A stretch of DNA of 58,133 nt, filler included, from Basidiobolus ranarum (GCA_040143965.1; 6 parts of 6 records of this genome joined end to end with filler, not necessarily neighbours in it); one strand, 5' to 3'; positions 1 through 11,659 are shown, counted from the whole stretch's first letter. Numbers and translations are program-made. The notes: generated by a model from the sequence alone, not told the origin.

Positions 1-414
1 ATAGGCACCGGCCTCGTTACCACCATTGCCACTATCGCCATTACCATCACCGTTACCGCCTTTGCCATCATCACCACCACCATTACCAGCGCCGCCATTA
101 CCACCACCGTTTCCACCATTGCCGGAGTCGTAGGCACCAGCTCCATTACCGCCATTATCGTTATCACTACCACCATTTCCACCGTTGCCAGAGTCATAGA
201 CACCAGCTCCGTTACCGCCCTTTTCAGAGTGGTAGGCACCAGCTCTATTGCCGCCATTGCCATTATCTCCTGCATCTCCAGCACCGCCGTTAAAGAGATC
301 CTTAATGTCGTATGCTTCATTCCCTCTTGCTTGTAATCTTGGGTTTAGTGCAGCTGCATTAATAACGGCAATTCCAGAAAGAAGGCATAGTAATTTAGGA
401 GCGGAAAATTTCAT
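1..414 (-). CDS. Secreted Gly/Asn/Asp-rich repeat protein, 3' end cut off by window/contig start
   Basis: Manual translation from ATG at 414: MKFSAPKLLCLLSGIAVINAAALNPRLQARGNEAYDIKDLFNGGAG..., open to position 1. Signal-peptide-like N-terminus followed by repeats such as GNGAGAYDSGNGG and GNGAGVYDSGNGG. TATAAATA on the minus strand at 508-515. Absent from the ORF track because it has no stop. Confidence 0.85.
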   Translation of the reverse strand, partial: MKFSAPKLLCLLSGIAVINAAALNPRLQARGNEAYDIKDLFNGGAGDAGDNGNGGNRAGAYHSEKGGNGAGVYDSGNGGNGGSDNDNGGNGAGAYDSGNGGNGGGNGGAGNGGGDDGKGGNGDGNGDSGNGGNEAGAY

Positions 415-1537
415 TTTAGGAGTTGTAGTGGTGTAGAGAGTATCAAGTGGGTTCTATAAAATCTAAAGAAAACTTATGGATAATTTTTTGCATCGACTGA
501 TGGTCTCTATTTATATTCTTGTATTTCTATGATCTATCACTTTCTTTACCCCTTACTGACAGAATTATCATTTCTCCTATATCTGAGATGCGTATGCATG
601 GGGGCAAGGCACAAATGTTTATAATTGATATTCCCTCACCCCACATTCACCGCTTCACCCTATATTTCTACTCTCTACTTGAAAATATAGGTATCTAACT
701 GATGAAGAGTCTCAAACAATTTGACCAAGGGGCCTTGTGCGGGCTTAGGCCAACTAATTAGTTTACCCATCTGGTGTGGTTTGAAAGTTCTTCGTTGTAT
801 CGAGTTAGCGCCACAAGTGAATTTTACGCATGAATATACGACAAAACTTCAATCAATGCATGACAGGGTCGGATCAACGATTTAACAATTCTCAGCAAAT
901 AGCTACAGTTTCTGTTAGAGGAGATATGTACTAGCAATAAGTTAGATATCTTGGCTCTTTTTGTGAATAACATATTCATATATATAGATACCCACTACTC
1001 CATCCTATCTAGTGTAGATAGGTTAGGGCCACCGGAGATGTGCCACTCTATATATTGATCGTTCTTGCTTCCTTGGATTCTCTCATAAAACCTGGCAAGA
1101 GAAGTATTTTCCTAGGGACATTTCTGATATCATTCTCCTTTGTATCATCAACGTGCTTAAGAGTAAGTAAGGATATAATAAGGAAGTTGATATTCCTCTT
1201 CCCCTCTAGCACAACTCTAAAAAAGTGCTAATTACATATTTCTTTGTATTATCCTATTCACAATTGCTTATGCTGTTACCATTGTCACTAATTTATCCTC
1301 CTTCACTAACGCTGTTCTTCACAGTAGCATTTCATCCAATATACGTATGCTGTATACACCCAAGCCGTTGTTGCCAAGGAGAGCTTTTACCAGACAAATT
1401 TTCATCTGATCAAAACTTTATTTAGTTGCCAGTGAGAAAATGAGATTCGAGAAAATAACATTTATCTATGCTTGAATGGAATGAGGAGCATTAATCGTTG
1501 TCAAACCCCATTGCAGCAATGGGTCAGTCTTCAAAAC

Positions 1538-1929
1538 CTATCTACATTGAGCAACAAAATTTACTGCAATTTGACCATGGCTAATGTCATTATTACCTGG
1601 AAAACCACAAGCCACATTACTACATATATTGCAACCATGACTTTGCAACTGATGAAGTACCAAACAATTACTAGAACCAGCAATAGGGTTTGCTGTATTC
1701 TGCATAAAGGTGGCAATCCCTCCAAGTATGTGGCAGCTAGATGCAAACATAGCTCCGGGGCCATATATGCTCCCACCTGGAAGATTACATACAGTACTGA
1801 CTGACTGATTGAAACTGTTTCCTCTCATTGAATGCTGACTACTTGTTAGGCAGCTGATACTAAGGACATTCACTTGGTATAGAAGCTCATAGATGGTGAC
1901 AATGGAACAGGTCTGCTAATATATTTCAT
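1538..1929 (-). pseudogene. KP4 killer-toxin family homologue, frameshifted in the signal peptide
   Basis: ORF 1538-1873 aligns by eye to Ustilago KP4: LSISCLTSSQ~LGINCRGSSQ, GIATFMQNT~SISAYVQST, HGCNIC~HGCRVC, GNNDISHGQIAVNFVAQC~GNDVSRGQLTVNYVNSC. The likely ATG at 1929 (MKYISR) is out of frame (56 nt from the GTG), and the toxin frame has an upstream TAG. Confidence 0.8.
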
Positions 1930-1949
1930 ATTGAAAATTAATATGGATT

Positions 1950-3960
1950 GTGCTGTATTGCATCAGAATGTATGTTGTATATGTAGCCACATGCACTAAG
2001 AGTTGTGCTAAGCCTAGTAAACTTTAAAGCATGGCTAATTCTCTTATCTTCAATGAAGTATAAAAGAGCTTGCCAAACCTTTTGGCTTGGTGTCTATCTC
2101 AAAAAATAGTAGCTTCTTACTACCTGCCCAGTGTATCTCAAGCATTTCACATTCTATGGCTAGTTTTCATTCTGAAGCCTACTATTCTCCAGCATCCACA
2201 TAGCAGAAAGCCTTGCTGTCTAGAAGACCTACTCTTTGCTGCTAACTAGCAAATCATTGTGTTTCTCAAAACTCATATTAGTTAGACCTACTCACCTAAT
2301 ATCTCCTGCTTGAACTGTTCTAAGATTCTTCACTTAGCTCTGACCTTGGTTCAGTAAAGCTCAAGAATTGTTATTATGTTTCTTTAGGATACAATATCTA
2401 GCTTACTGGGAAACTCTGCTTTGTCAATCTTTTAACTTCAGCTTTGAATACTATGTTTCAGCTTGGTTTTTTTTAATATGTGGAATTCTTTTAATAAGCA
2501 AATATTTATCAGGTGCTTTGCATCTCCCTAACCCTAACTCAAATTCTAGAAGATTAATGTTGATGTCAGAATATACTATCATACAGATGAGACAAACCTA
2601 GTTTTGTTATTTTTATATGTAGATTGTTGTGTCATAGCCACTCATAACCTGTAGAATTTGGATAGAATCATGTGCTAATATCTTTAAAAGCATGATTCCA
2701 CTCAAATTAAACCTGTCAGGCAGGTTTTCAGGCATTTGAAGGGAAATATGGATCTGTGCTTAAAATACACTCATTCTGAATCAAGCATTGATTTGATAGG
2801 TTTCTCTGATACAAAGTGTGATATTGAAGCCAGGTGATCTGTAATAGGAAATATGTTTCTCTGCTGAAATGTGGTTATTTCTTGTAATTTAAGGTAGCAA
2901 CCTGGCTTAGCACTTCAAACAACAGAGGGAGAATATATGGCAGATTACAAAATACTCTAAGTGGAAATATGGCAGGGAAAGAGCTTAATAGATTTGAGCT
3001 ATTTCCAAAATTGACCAACTACTATATCTCAGTCAAATCAAAGCTGTATCAAATTAGCTTGAAAGCCCACTTTTTACACTTGAATCAAATATATAGATAT
3101 TAGACTTTGTATTTTTAGAGAGACTATAGAAAATATGCTCAATAACTCAACTCATTGTTCTACAGCAGATGTGATTGCTGAGATAATAACCAAACCATCA
3201 GCTAGGCAGAAACTCGAGAAATACAAACCTTTCTTAGAATTGGTTCAAATAGCTATATAGTTTAGGGACAATGTTGAAAATTACATAGCAGAAACATCTA
3301 TGTTGTCATACATAGGTTAGCATTTAGTAGTTCCATACTCCACTAATACAACATCTACTGTTCCCAATTGGAAATTACTTGATGTATTTTGTCATCTAAA
3401 GTGTTCTTTGATGTATACACTTTGTTAAACCTGTTGTAGAAGGTGCAAACTTTGAAGAAATGGGCACCAGGTACTATGTATTTCTTGTGAACCTGTCAAA
3501 TGTCCCAAGTATGTTGATTTGAATTAATCCTCATTCAAGCAGAGGACCATGCCTAAGTTCTCTGTCAAGCTCCACAACAATCTTGACAATTGCAAGCTCT
3601 CCAAGTTATAAATATTTCATTACATATAAGATGCCATGAATGCCAGTCTCTTGGTACCTCTTCATATACTGACAACCTTCAGGAAATAATATCCATCAGA
3701 AAAATTATATGCTACAATATTAGATTACTTGAATAACAACAATAGTTTCTCTACATATTCAGAAAGTAGTTTGCCTTTATTGTCCAATTCTTGGCAAGGT
3801 TTACGAATACAATAAAATAACCCTACCCTTTGGGGTCACTTCTAAACCACTAACCATTCTATTAACAAGCAATCTTCTCAGGGAATATCAAAGTCACAAA
3901 CTGTATCAACTAAAGCTAAATGATGAATCTTGGCCTATTTTATGAAGATCACTGACTGAA
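1950..3960. mobile_element. Nest of decayed Ty1/copia LTR-retrotransposon fragments
   Basis: Plus strand ~2790-3250 gives an interrupted copia RNase H (GFSD..., ALQTTEGEYMA, KYIDIR, ADVIAEIITKP), followed by a purine-rich tract and a TGTTGAAA LTR-like start at 3272. Integrase-like YKYFITY near 3610. PBS-like GGTTATGAG on the minus strand at 2641-2649. Many stops, strong CpG depletion. Confidence 0.75.
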
Positions 3961-4810
3961 TCTTTAAGCCAGTGTAATATTAATAATAAAAATCCATGGG
4001 CGCCAACAGCATTCATCTGTTAGGAAATTAGTACGTCATCTTTGTTTACAAGTTTCGAATTAATCACACTCCCAAATCCGGCAGGAATGTCACTCTACTT
4101 TCCCCTGATCAACCCTATAAAAATAGCACAATCGAAATAAAGCTGATTAGTCAACTTATCAGTGAATCAAGTCCCAAATTGCACTCACCTCAGGAACCAG
4201 CCTCAATATATTAATACCAATAGAATAAAATGGTAGCCCAGCAGTTTATTAGTAATGATTTCAATAGAATGCTAGAGACCAAAGTTAATCAATAGGTGGA
4301 CTTATGTGTTGGTACTGTCATGCAATGGCTCACTTACTACCATCCAAATGTCATGGAGATAGAGAAGGTTCTCTGCAGGGTTTAATACTAATTCCCATTC
4401 AATATAGCTCGTAAACAATTGAATTCAACGGCAAACGAATCCAATTCCTAGGACTTGGATGATCTTGTTCGAGCTTGAATCACAAACGAGTGTTTAAAAA
4501 TCACTTTTTCATACGAAGCTTATCTAGATAGCGATACAATTCTCTAGGCAACCTCATCATAACAGATGTGACGATGATTAACGTTGTGTTCTCTGAATGA
4601 CGAGGAGGAAAATCCTATATTAGCGATTTTATGATTTTAAAAATACCGGATTCTATGGAAAGTGGAATAGGAAAGTGGGATCAGGAAAGCGGTTGACAAC
4701 AAACTTTAGTACCGATTATCATGGAAAATCTGTAGTGTGCCCGAATCTATAAAATCAATCCATGGTACTCTTGCAATGTTCGTCGATCACTTGACTAAAC
4801 AACACACAAT

Positions 4811-5323
4811 ATGAAATTCCAAACATCCGTGATTATTCTCGCTTTCCTTGTCCTGTATTCTATGCAGATTGCTGCACAACACAGCGCCTCTGGAGAAAGT
4901 GATGTGTCGATTCCGACTGCTACTGATAGTATCGATCCTGATGTATCCACCACTGTTGCCGAGCCTGATTCTGTTTTACCCTCAACTGACGATAGCCCTG
5001 TGGAACCAACTGACTCGAGTGACGATAGCGTTCCCACAGGTGATTCTAGTGATAGCGTACCAAACCCGGGTGAAGTAGACCCAACGGACGGTTTACCTGA
5101 TTCTACAGACTCAGATAGCCAACCTGGCCCAAGTTCCGCTTCTTCGGGTGGAGAGTGTCAAGACGGGCAGTACCAATGTTCTGGGTCTAATTCCCCTGAT
5201 TTTCAGTGGTGTGTAGATGGTGCATGGGTGTCAAACACCTGCTCCGAGGGTACCATCTGTAAACCTGTTGAAGGAGATAGCATCGCTTGTGATTGGCAAG
5301 ATGGTGGAGAAGCTGAAGCGTAA
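4811..5323 (+). CDS. Secreted Ser/Asp/Pro-rich protein with a C-terminal CBM19-like chitin-binding module
   Basis: Signal peptide MKFQTSVIILAFLVLYSMQIAA, acidic low-complexity stalk, then CQDGQYQC...FQWCVDGAWVSNTCSEGTIC, matching the CBM19 pattern C-x2-G-x3-C...F-x2-C-x2-G-x-W-x4-C-x2-GT-x-C. TATAAAA at 4748. Confidence 0.85.
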   Translation: MKFQTSVIILAFLVLYSMQIAAQHSASGESDVSIPTATDSIDPDVSTTVAEPDSVLPSTDDSPVEPTDSSDDSVPTGDSSDSVPNPGEVDPTDGLPDSTDSDSQPGPSSASSGGECQDGQYQCSGSNSPDFQWCVDGAWVSNTCSEGTICKPVEGDSIACDWQDGGEAEA

Positions 5324-5718
5324 AGAACTTCTCCACACCCGAATACAAACATACAATTAGAGCAAAATGGTTCACTTCAAATGTAGCCTAGGTCCTCATA
5401 TGGATCCAAAGGAACTTTTTCTAAATTTGCTATTAAACAACTTCAAAGCAGAATACTCTCTTGATATTCTACCCATTATATTATTCCTATTAACATGGCT
5501 TTGGGTTGATGTATAATGGTGATAAACAAATCGAAAGAAACCATATGTCAAGGCGCTAAGCATGTAAAATAATTGTTGTAAGCAGAAAACTATCCTAAAT
5601 ATCTTATATAGATTACTATTTTATCATGTAGGCAATGATGAATCAATAATACGTTTATTACTCACTGAGAGGATCCCATGAATAAATATGCTTCAGGATA
5701 CAGAAATCTCTTGTGCAA

Positions 5719-6825
5719 CTATATTATAATACTATAAGCCCGGCCCCAATTTGAAATAACCTCTTTTACTGAGCATCGAGGTTTGATCAGAGGCCCTAAA
5801 TATACTCTTTGTGACACAGATTCCCGCAAGAAGAGCATATTCTCCAGCATGCTGTCGGCAACTTCTTCATCCTCAGGTATCATTCGAGGCACAGCATATT
5901 CCGGGGGTGGTGAGTGGCACATCTTAACGTCGTTTGCATTACATTGTGCATCTACATGGAATTGCCTATCAATGTTATCATCACGCTCTTTACTATGTGC
6001 CCAGTATCTGCGACTAGTGTAGTTCATCAAAATTGCACATCCTGCAAAGAGAGATGTAATAGAGGATATATCAGGGTCATCGCAACAATCACTTAACTCC
6101 AGCAGCATGCTTGCCGCTCTTAAACGCACTTCACCCACAGCCTCATGGCTAGTAATGTCGATAAAATGAGATAAACTCATCAGATCGTTTTCTTTGTCAT
6201 GCCTAGCCATGCTGTGAATATCGAAATTCAAGATACAGGCTTCTACACACATGTTTAGTACCCCAGGAGGCAGTTGCTCCAATTTTACACCTTTGAAGAC
6301 GATGAAACCCAAGGCACAAGCCAAAAATGCTCCTTCATCACTTCTATAACGTATGAATTCAAGATAGTCGTTCTGCATTATATTAATAAGCTCTTTCATA
6401 CATAAAAAGGACGTTTTTACTCGACACGCTGCCCACTGTAAGGCCAATAGATCACCAAATAGAGAGCCCAAGCTGGCATCACCATCAACAAATATGTCGA
6501 TCCATCTCCGCACACTGCGGCCGTTCGAGCTCAATACATCGAGGTTAAACTCCTGGGTAGACATTGGGGCTATACTATCTATAATGGCAGTTGCGGCAAC
6601 ATACATCCCTAACGCCCAGCCACGCTCAGTTCTGCCGGATGGCCCAAGAATATGTAGCACCGAATTTATACCCAACTCAGCTGCCTGAGTTTCAATTTTT
6701 CCGTAAACTTTCGCATTGACACCAAGAACGTCAACAGCATCGACAATTATATGCTCACCATTCCAGTTGATGGCGGAATAATCAAGTTGTTTAGTGCTCT
6801 GTTTTGAGAAGTGGTCACGCTTCAT
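5719..6825 (-). CDS. Non-canonical class I terpene synthase-like protein, resembling the ABA3 (alpha-ionylideneethane synthase) type
   Basis: Intronless 368-aa ORF. Motifs sit at terpene-synthase spacing: D83 in AIIDSI (degenerate Asp-rich site), YLEFIRYRSDEGA (R161 effector region), FDIHSMARHDKEND (201-214, NSE/DTE position), RRY (272-274). TATTTAAA upstream at ~6892-6899 on the minus strand. The CDS is near certain; the function is less so. Confidence 0.65.
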   Translation of the reverse strand: MKRDHFSKQSTKQLDYSAINWNGEHIIVDAVDVLGVNAKVYGKIETQAAELGINSVLHILGPSGRTERGWALGMYVAATAIIDSIAPMSTQEFNLDVLSSNGRSVRRWIDIFVDGDASLGSLFGDLLALQWAACRVKTSFLCMKELINIMQNDYLEFIRYRSDEGAFLACALGFIVFKGVKLEQLPPGVLNMCVEACILNFDIHSMARHDKENDLMSLSHFIDITSHEAVGEVRLRAASMLLELSDCCDDPDISSITSLFAGCAILMNYTSRRYWAHSKERDDNIDRQFHVDAQCNANDVKMCHSPPPEYAVPRMIPEDEEVADSMLENMLFLRESVSQRVYLGPLIKPRCSVKEVISNWGRAYSIII

Positions 6826-9484
6826 TGGTGCTGCAGTGGTAGTCTAACGGATAAGATTGAAGAAAATAGCAACCTTCTAAGCTCCATAACCTTTAAATAG
6901 TGGACAGCTCCGGAAGTAGTACTGGGGATGGATGAAGATAAGAATAGCACCGGGGATGAGTGAAGGAAGCTTATCAAATTATTAGAGACTGTATCACCCA
7001 TCTTCTCTGTGTGGCCATTTGCCACAACAAAGACCAACGCACATGTCTCACCTAGGTTGTGGTATTCTGCTTCAATACTAAATCAATCACCTAGATATAG
7101 GGCGTAATAGCACATTTCTAGTAATAATTTGATGAGTGTGTAATGGCCTATAGCAAGCAAAGCAATTAAGTAAAGGAATAACAAAATGGGAATGTCGTAC
7201 ATACGTTGATTCAATAGATAATGGTCAAAAGAAGATTAACTTTGTGCTTGTTTTCGGCGCAACCCCAAAGCTTAATATCTGAGTGCTTGGTTTAAAAGTG
7301 ACTCTGCTCAAGCCTATTATCATGTCCCTGCAGGCGTAGCTTATGCCATTGATGTATATCTGAACAAGCCAGGTTTAGATATCCAAGACGAATAATTGAC
7401 ATTCGAGACCGACACCTTGCTCCTGCGACTCCTTCTATATCCTTTCAGGATTTTTTTTGTATGGCACACTTGATTGTTGCCATCTATTTAGCACGGCAAA
7501 AAGCAGATTTGTCAGATTTTCATAATTGTCTATTGATATTCTTCGAAGAAAATTATATATTGTGTGTCTGATATATTGTGTGCCTGTAGGATTGCCCTGT
7601 GGTGCCCATTGACGGAAGGTACTGATACGATTCAGTGGTAGTGGATATGCCAGTAGTATTCCAACTCTAGCCCAGGCACTCAATTAGAGTATCCATAAGT
7701 GGAATTCTAACAAAAGAATGAACAAACAACTCAGATAAAGCGGCGAATTTGCTATCAATGGAAAGGCAATGTTCAACATACCTTGTTTGTTCCACAACCT
7801 AGGTATTTTCGGATTATGTAGGGTATAAAAAAGGAACACCTGAACACACAATAAGGGTATCAGATACAAATAGGAAAAGAAGAGTTTCTAAGCATTCTCA
7901 CACAGTTAATAAAGATGGGCAGTCAAGGGCCAATATAGGTATGTATTGTATTACTTTGTCTCTTCGTGCTCTGCAGTTATTAAATAGCCTAAGGGCTGTT
8001 TGTTACTCCACTTATTTGTTTCTGTATAACCTCTAGTGGTACTACTACGCTCAAGTGATACGAGAATAACCAGGGCAATATTAGAGTAAGCATCCTAGTA
8101 TATATGTAAAAAAAATTCTATGTTTAAGATAAAAGTAGTAATGATCTACATGAATCCTTCATATGATGGGGTCACTAGTAGCAGTGTCCGAAGAAATTAG
8201 GCTCTTGATGTACTGACTCGATGATATATTGTAATGGTTAGGTGTCCATATTGAATTTATAATCGGTCAATTGATTCCCTATTATATTTTCCATACAAGT
8301 CGGAGAGGCTGACTACATATCAAATTGAGTTTGGCACAGTTGATCCATAACCTCAAGGCCAAATAAATATATCCCCGGCCTTATGATAGCCAAGTGATAG
8401 ATATTCAAGATTCGTTGCGTGATATTACTTGTCTAACATAGTCATATAACTTTGGTTACATATATTAGTGATATATACTTTTAATAGCAATAATATATCT
8501 CAATTACACAATATGTTAGATCTGGAATACCACTCAACCAAATAAGAATAGCTGAGGTTTAGTGACTATAAATATTGATGCACCATAGCACTAATATTAG
8601 ACTGTGATAATGAATGCTGCTTCTTGACAACTCAGTCATGTAGGAATGGCAAAATCTTTGTTAAACAACTATACTTCAACCTTTAAGGCCCAAGTTTGTA
8701 GTTAACTGAAAATATCGATTATCTGTTGCTTCGAAACTTCCTATGCCTGGAATGCTATGCAACTCCGATACGAAGGAATTCATCTGTCTTTATGCCATGA
8801 AATATCTCCTTTAGTACATGGTGCGCTTCATACTTGGTACAGCATGATAGAGCCTTAGCAGAACAGCAGTTAGCGCTTCAAATAATACTTAGGTGGCAAA
8901 TTGTGCAGTCAAAGTTAGTGCAATATAACCCGATTAATACTTCAATATTACTCATTCTGTCCAACAGTGAAGGAAGTAGATTAACTGCCATAGAGGAAGA
9001 GTTTCTTTGTGAGAGATGCATTGCAAACATCTTGACATTCATCTTAGGTTGCAACAATGGTTTGCACTTTTTGAGGCCGTAGCTTCCATTCCTACAGTCT
9101 GAGCTGTGCATTTATCATCATTGTGTGACAAGTTAACACCACTCTAGAGATTATTAGATTTGACTTGTTTGGCTAGCCAGCTATTACTGAAAATTACTTT
9201 AGACTTATTTCGTACACATTAACCATATAACTTTCTTGGAAATGTCAAATGCTAGTTGCAAGTGGCTTGTGTACCATGACCATTCAAATCTCCAGCTCCT
9301 CTGAATGGAACTAGTGGGAACACTGGATTGGCCTTTAGACATTTGTGGACAATATAAACACTAATATCAAGGACATAAACATCTACATCCTCTCTGGTGC
9401 TAGTTGGACAAATGTATGAAGCACTAAATTCAATATTCGCAGAAAATAGATGGTTGAATCTCACAAAAGTTTGCTTGATGTATA

Positions 9485-9555
9485 GGGACCATTGTGCTAG
9501 CATATGAGATATTTATATGTATGAGGACCATTGTGCTTGAATATGAGATATCTAA
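9485..9555 (+). repeat. Imperfect ~39-bp tandem duplication
   Basis: GGACCATTGTGCT...ATATGAGATAT occurs twice in tandem. Confidence 0.8.
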
Positions 9556-9625
9556 ATTCAAATGTGCACAGTTATACCTCACTCTTTCCCTATTAATACG
9601 AATTATAGCACTGGTGAATCAACTT

Positions 9626-9725
9626 NNNNNNNNNNNNNNNNNNNNNNNNNNNNNNNNNNNNNNNNNNNNTTAATTAATTAANNNNNNNNNNNNNNNNNNN
9701 NNNNNNNNNNNNNNNNNNNNNNNNN
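9626..9725. other. Artificial contig spacer (N44-TTAATTAATTAA-N44)
   Basis: 100-nt gap containing a palindromic linker with stop codons in all six frames. Confidence 0.98.
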
Positions 9726-10292
9726 CAAGTAGTAATTGTGTAAAATTTGAGTTATGTTTTTTGCACATGTGTTGATCCATAGTTCTCTGAGATTGTAGCC
9801 AATCATGTGCAACTATTTTGCAAGATCTTGAAATTTCACTCCTGAAATTGAAAAAATTGATCAAAATCAAATCTAACTTGACAATTTTATGACATTAAGT
9901 AAATAGTCAATCCCAAATGGATTAAAATTGTGATGATTTTCCTACAATAACAATCTTCAAATTTCTGTTTGGGATCTGAGAACTTCTAAGTTTGTAAAAA
10001 TATTCCAAATTACCCCAAAGATAGCTCATTTTACTCCCGCAGATGTTCTGAACACAACCCCAGTGTTAGTTTTCTATATTTCCACCAAAAATGTATAAAT
10101 ACTTTATTTCTGGACAATAAATGATTATCTCACAAAGCTATTCACAACTCCACTTTTCTAAAGTTCCTCCAAACTGCCCATATTTTCCCACTAACTGTAA
10201 CTGTCAACTGATTACTCAATTAATCATCATGTGAAAACCATCAACTTCTCTAATTCTCCAAACCATATCCAACAGATTCCCAATACTCTAAC
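9726..10292. repeat. Dispersed repeat; inverted copy at 18387-19070
   Basis: 9726-9975 is the reverse complement of ~18820-19070, and ~10002-10190 of ~18387-18576. 10200-10292 resembles 48770-48856 and, in reverse, the start of 21338-21503. Confidence 0.9.
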
Positions 10293-11659
10293 AACTACAT
10301 CTTATTTTAATATATTGCACCTCCTCAAACTTATTCCTTCTCTATAACTTCTCAAAGTCCTATTTATAAAATTATTAGCAGCTTTTAAAGTATGCAGACA
10401 GACATGTTTTGCTATCCCTATTAATGTCAGTCAATCTGGAAACCAATGTGAATCAATCAGCAAAATTACAATGAAGGAATTTGAGCTGATTGCAACTGGG
10501 AAAAATATTATAAAATCCATTCATCATGTCATGAACCCAAGAACATTGTTTTCACAAATCTAACCTAAAAAATCACTAAAACAAGCAAAACTAAGCCATA
10601 TGAACTATGAATTAGCACATATTTTGGTTTTGCCCTAGATGGATCAAGATGACCAGGACTGATGATCTGCCATGAAGCAAGAACTCTGAGTGGAAACATA
10701 ACATGCTCAATGATTGCATTGGTTATAGCAATACTTTATTCATTACAGTAAGTACATCTCAATGTGATGTTTTATTTTTTTCATCCAAAATATGTTATGA
10801 TTGAGTTTGATAAGCAAATAGTGGAAAGTCAAAGATGTGAGGATTTAAAGCAAAATTGATCCGCTGGATTAAGATATTGAAGACTAAATGTAAATAGCTG
10901 CTAACCAATAGAGCCACTGATACTAATCATATGTAGATAATAAGCATAACTAGTTTGATGTTGGCAAAGTTAACACACTGTTTGAGTACAAAGATAACAT
11001 TGAAGAGGTGACCATATAAGAAGACACACTGGAATATTGCTACACTAGCTGGACTTTTTAATATTTTTAATATACGAGCATAGTTAAAACCAGATAAAAG
11101 CAACAAAACAAAAAAATGAACAGAACTTACTTTATCTTCAATTTGTGCCTCCATTTACTGAGATTAGGAAAGACTGAGATTCTATATAATTACAAATAGC
11201 TTTTAACTAGTCCCTCTTTATTTTACCAAGATATATTTCCCCATACCCAATTAGAGTATACTTGCAATACTTTTGATAACTTTGAAGTACTCAGATGTAT
11301 GATTATTTTGACCTTGTCCTAAAAGCCCTCAACCAAACACATATTTCATGGTCACTTCATTAAAAAATTTATTGAATTTGTATGCTTGAAGTCAATAAAG
11401 CCTCAATTGTCAACTTTCTACTCAATATATCAAAAAATGAATAAAAACAATTCTTATAGTACTCCCAAACACTGCCAACAAACTCCCAAAATACATCAAC
11501 ATATTGAAAAGACATATTTTTAATAGTGAAAAAGAAGCTATTGAATTGCAAAATATTAAATTTTAGCAGGAATATATTTTAGAAGGCAAAAAGTAAATTT
11601 CCTTAATGTTTTGACAGAAGAAAACCCTCATAAACAGACAACCAACTCCAACCATAACT

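Noticed and set aside
1472-1804. Plus-strand 110-aa ORF and 71-aa minus ORF overlapping the KP4 relic
   Set aside because: No motifs; the KP4 frame explains the region.
7570-7730. Interrupted frame ...PVVFQL*PRHSIRVSISG, faintly like a CocE/PepX C-terminal motif
   Set aside because: Too short, contains stops, and no supporting upstream domain was found.
8700-9120. Cys-rich minus-strand reading (CTICH...CCSAKALSCC)
   Set aside because: No signal peptide or recognisable pattern; TG/CA-rich decayed DNA inflates Cys codons.
9670-9681. Palindromic TTAATTAATTAA recurring every ~9.7 kb, and ORFs ending in X...LIN
   Set aside because: Artificial six-frame stop linker inside N padding, not a biological repeat.
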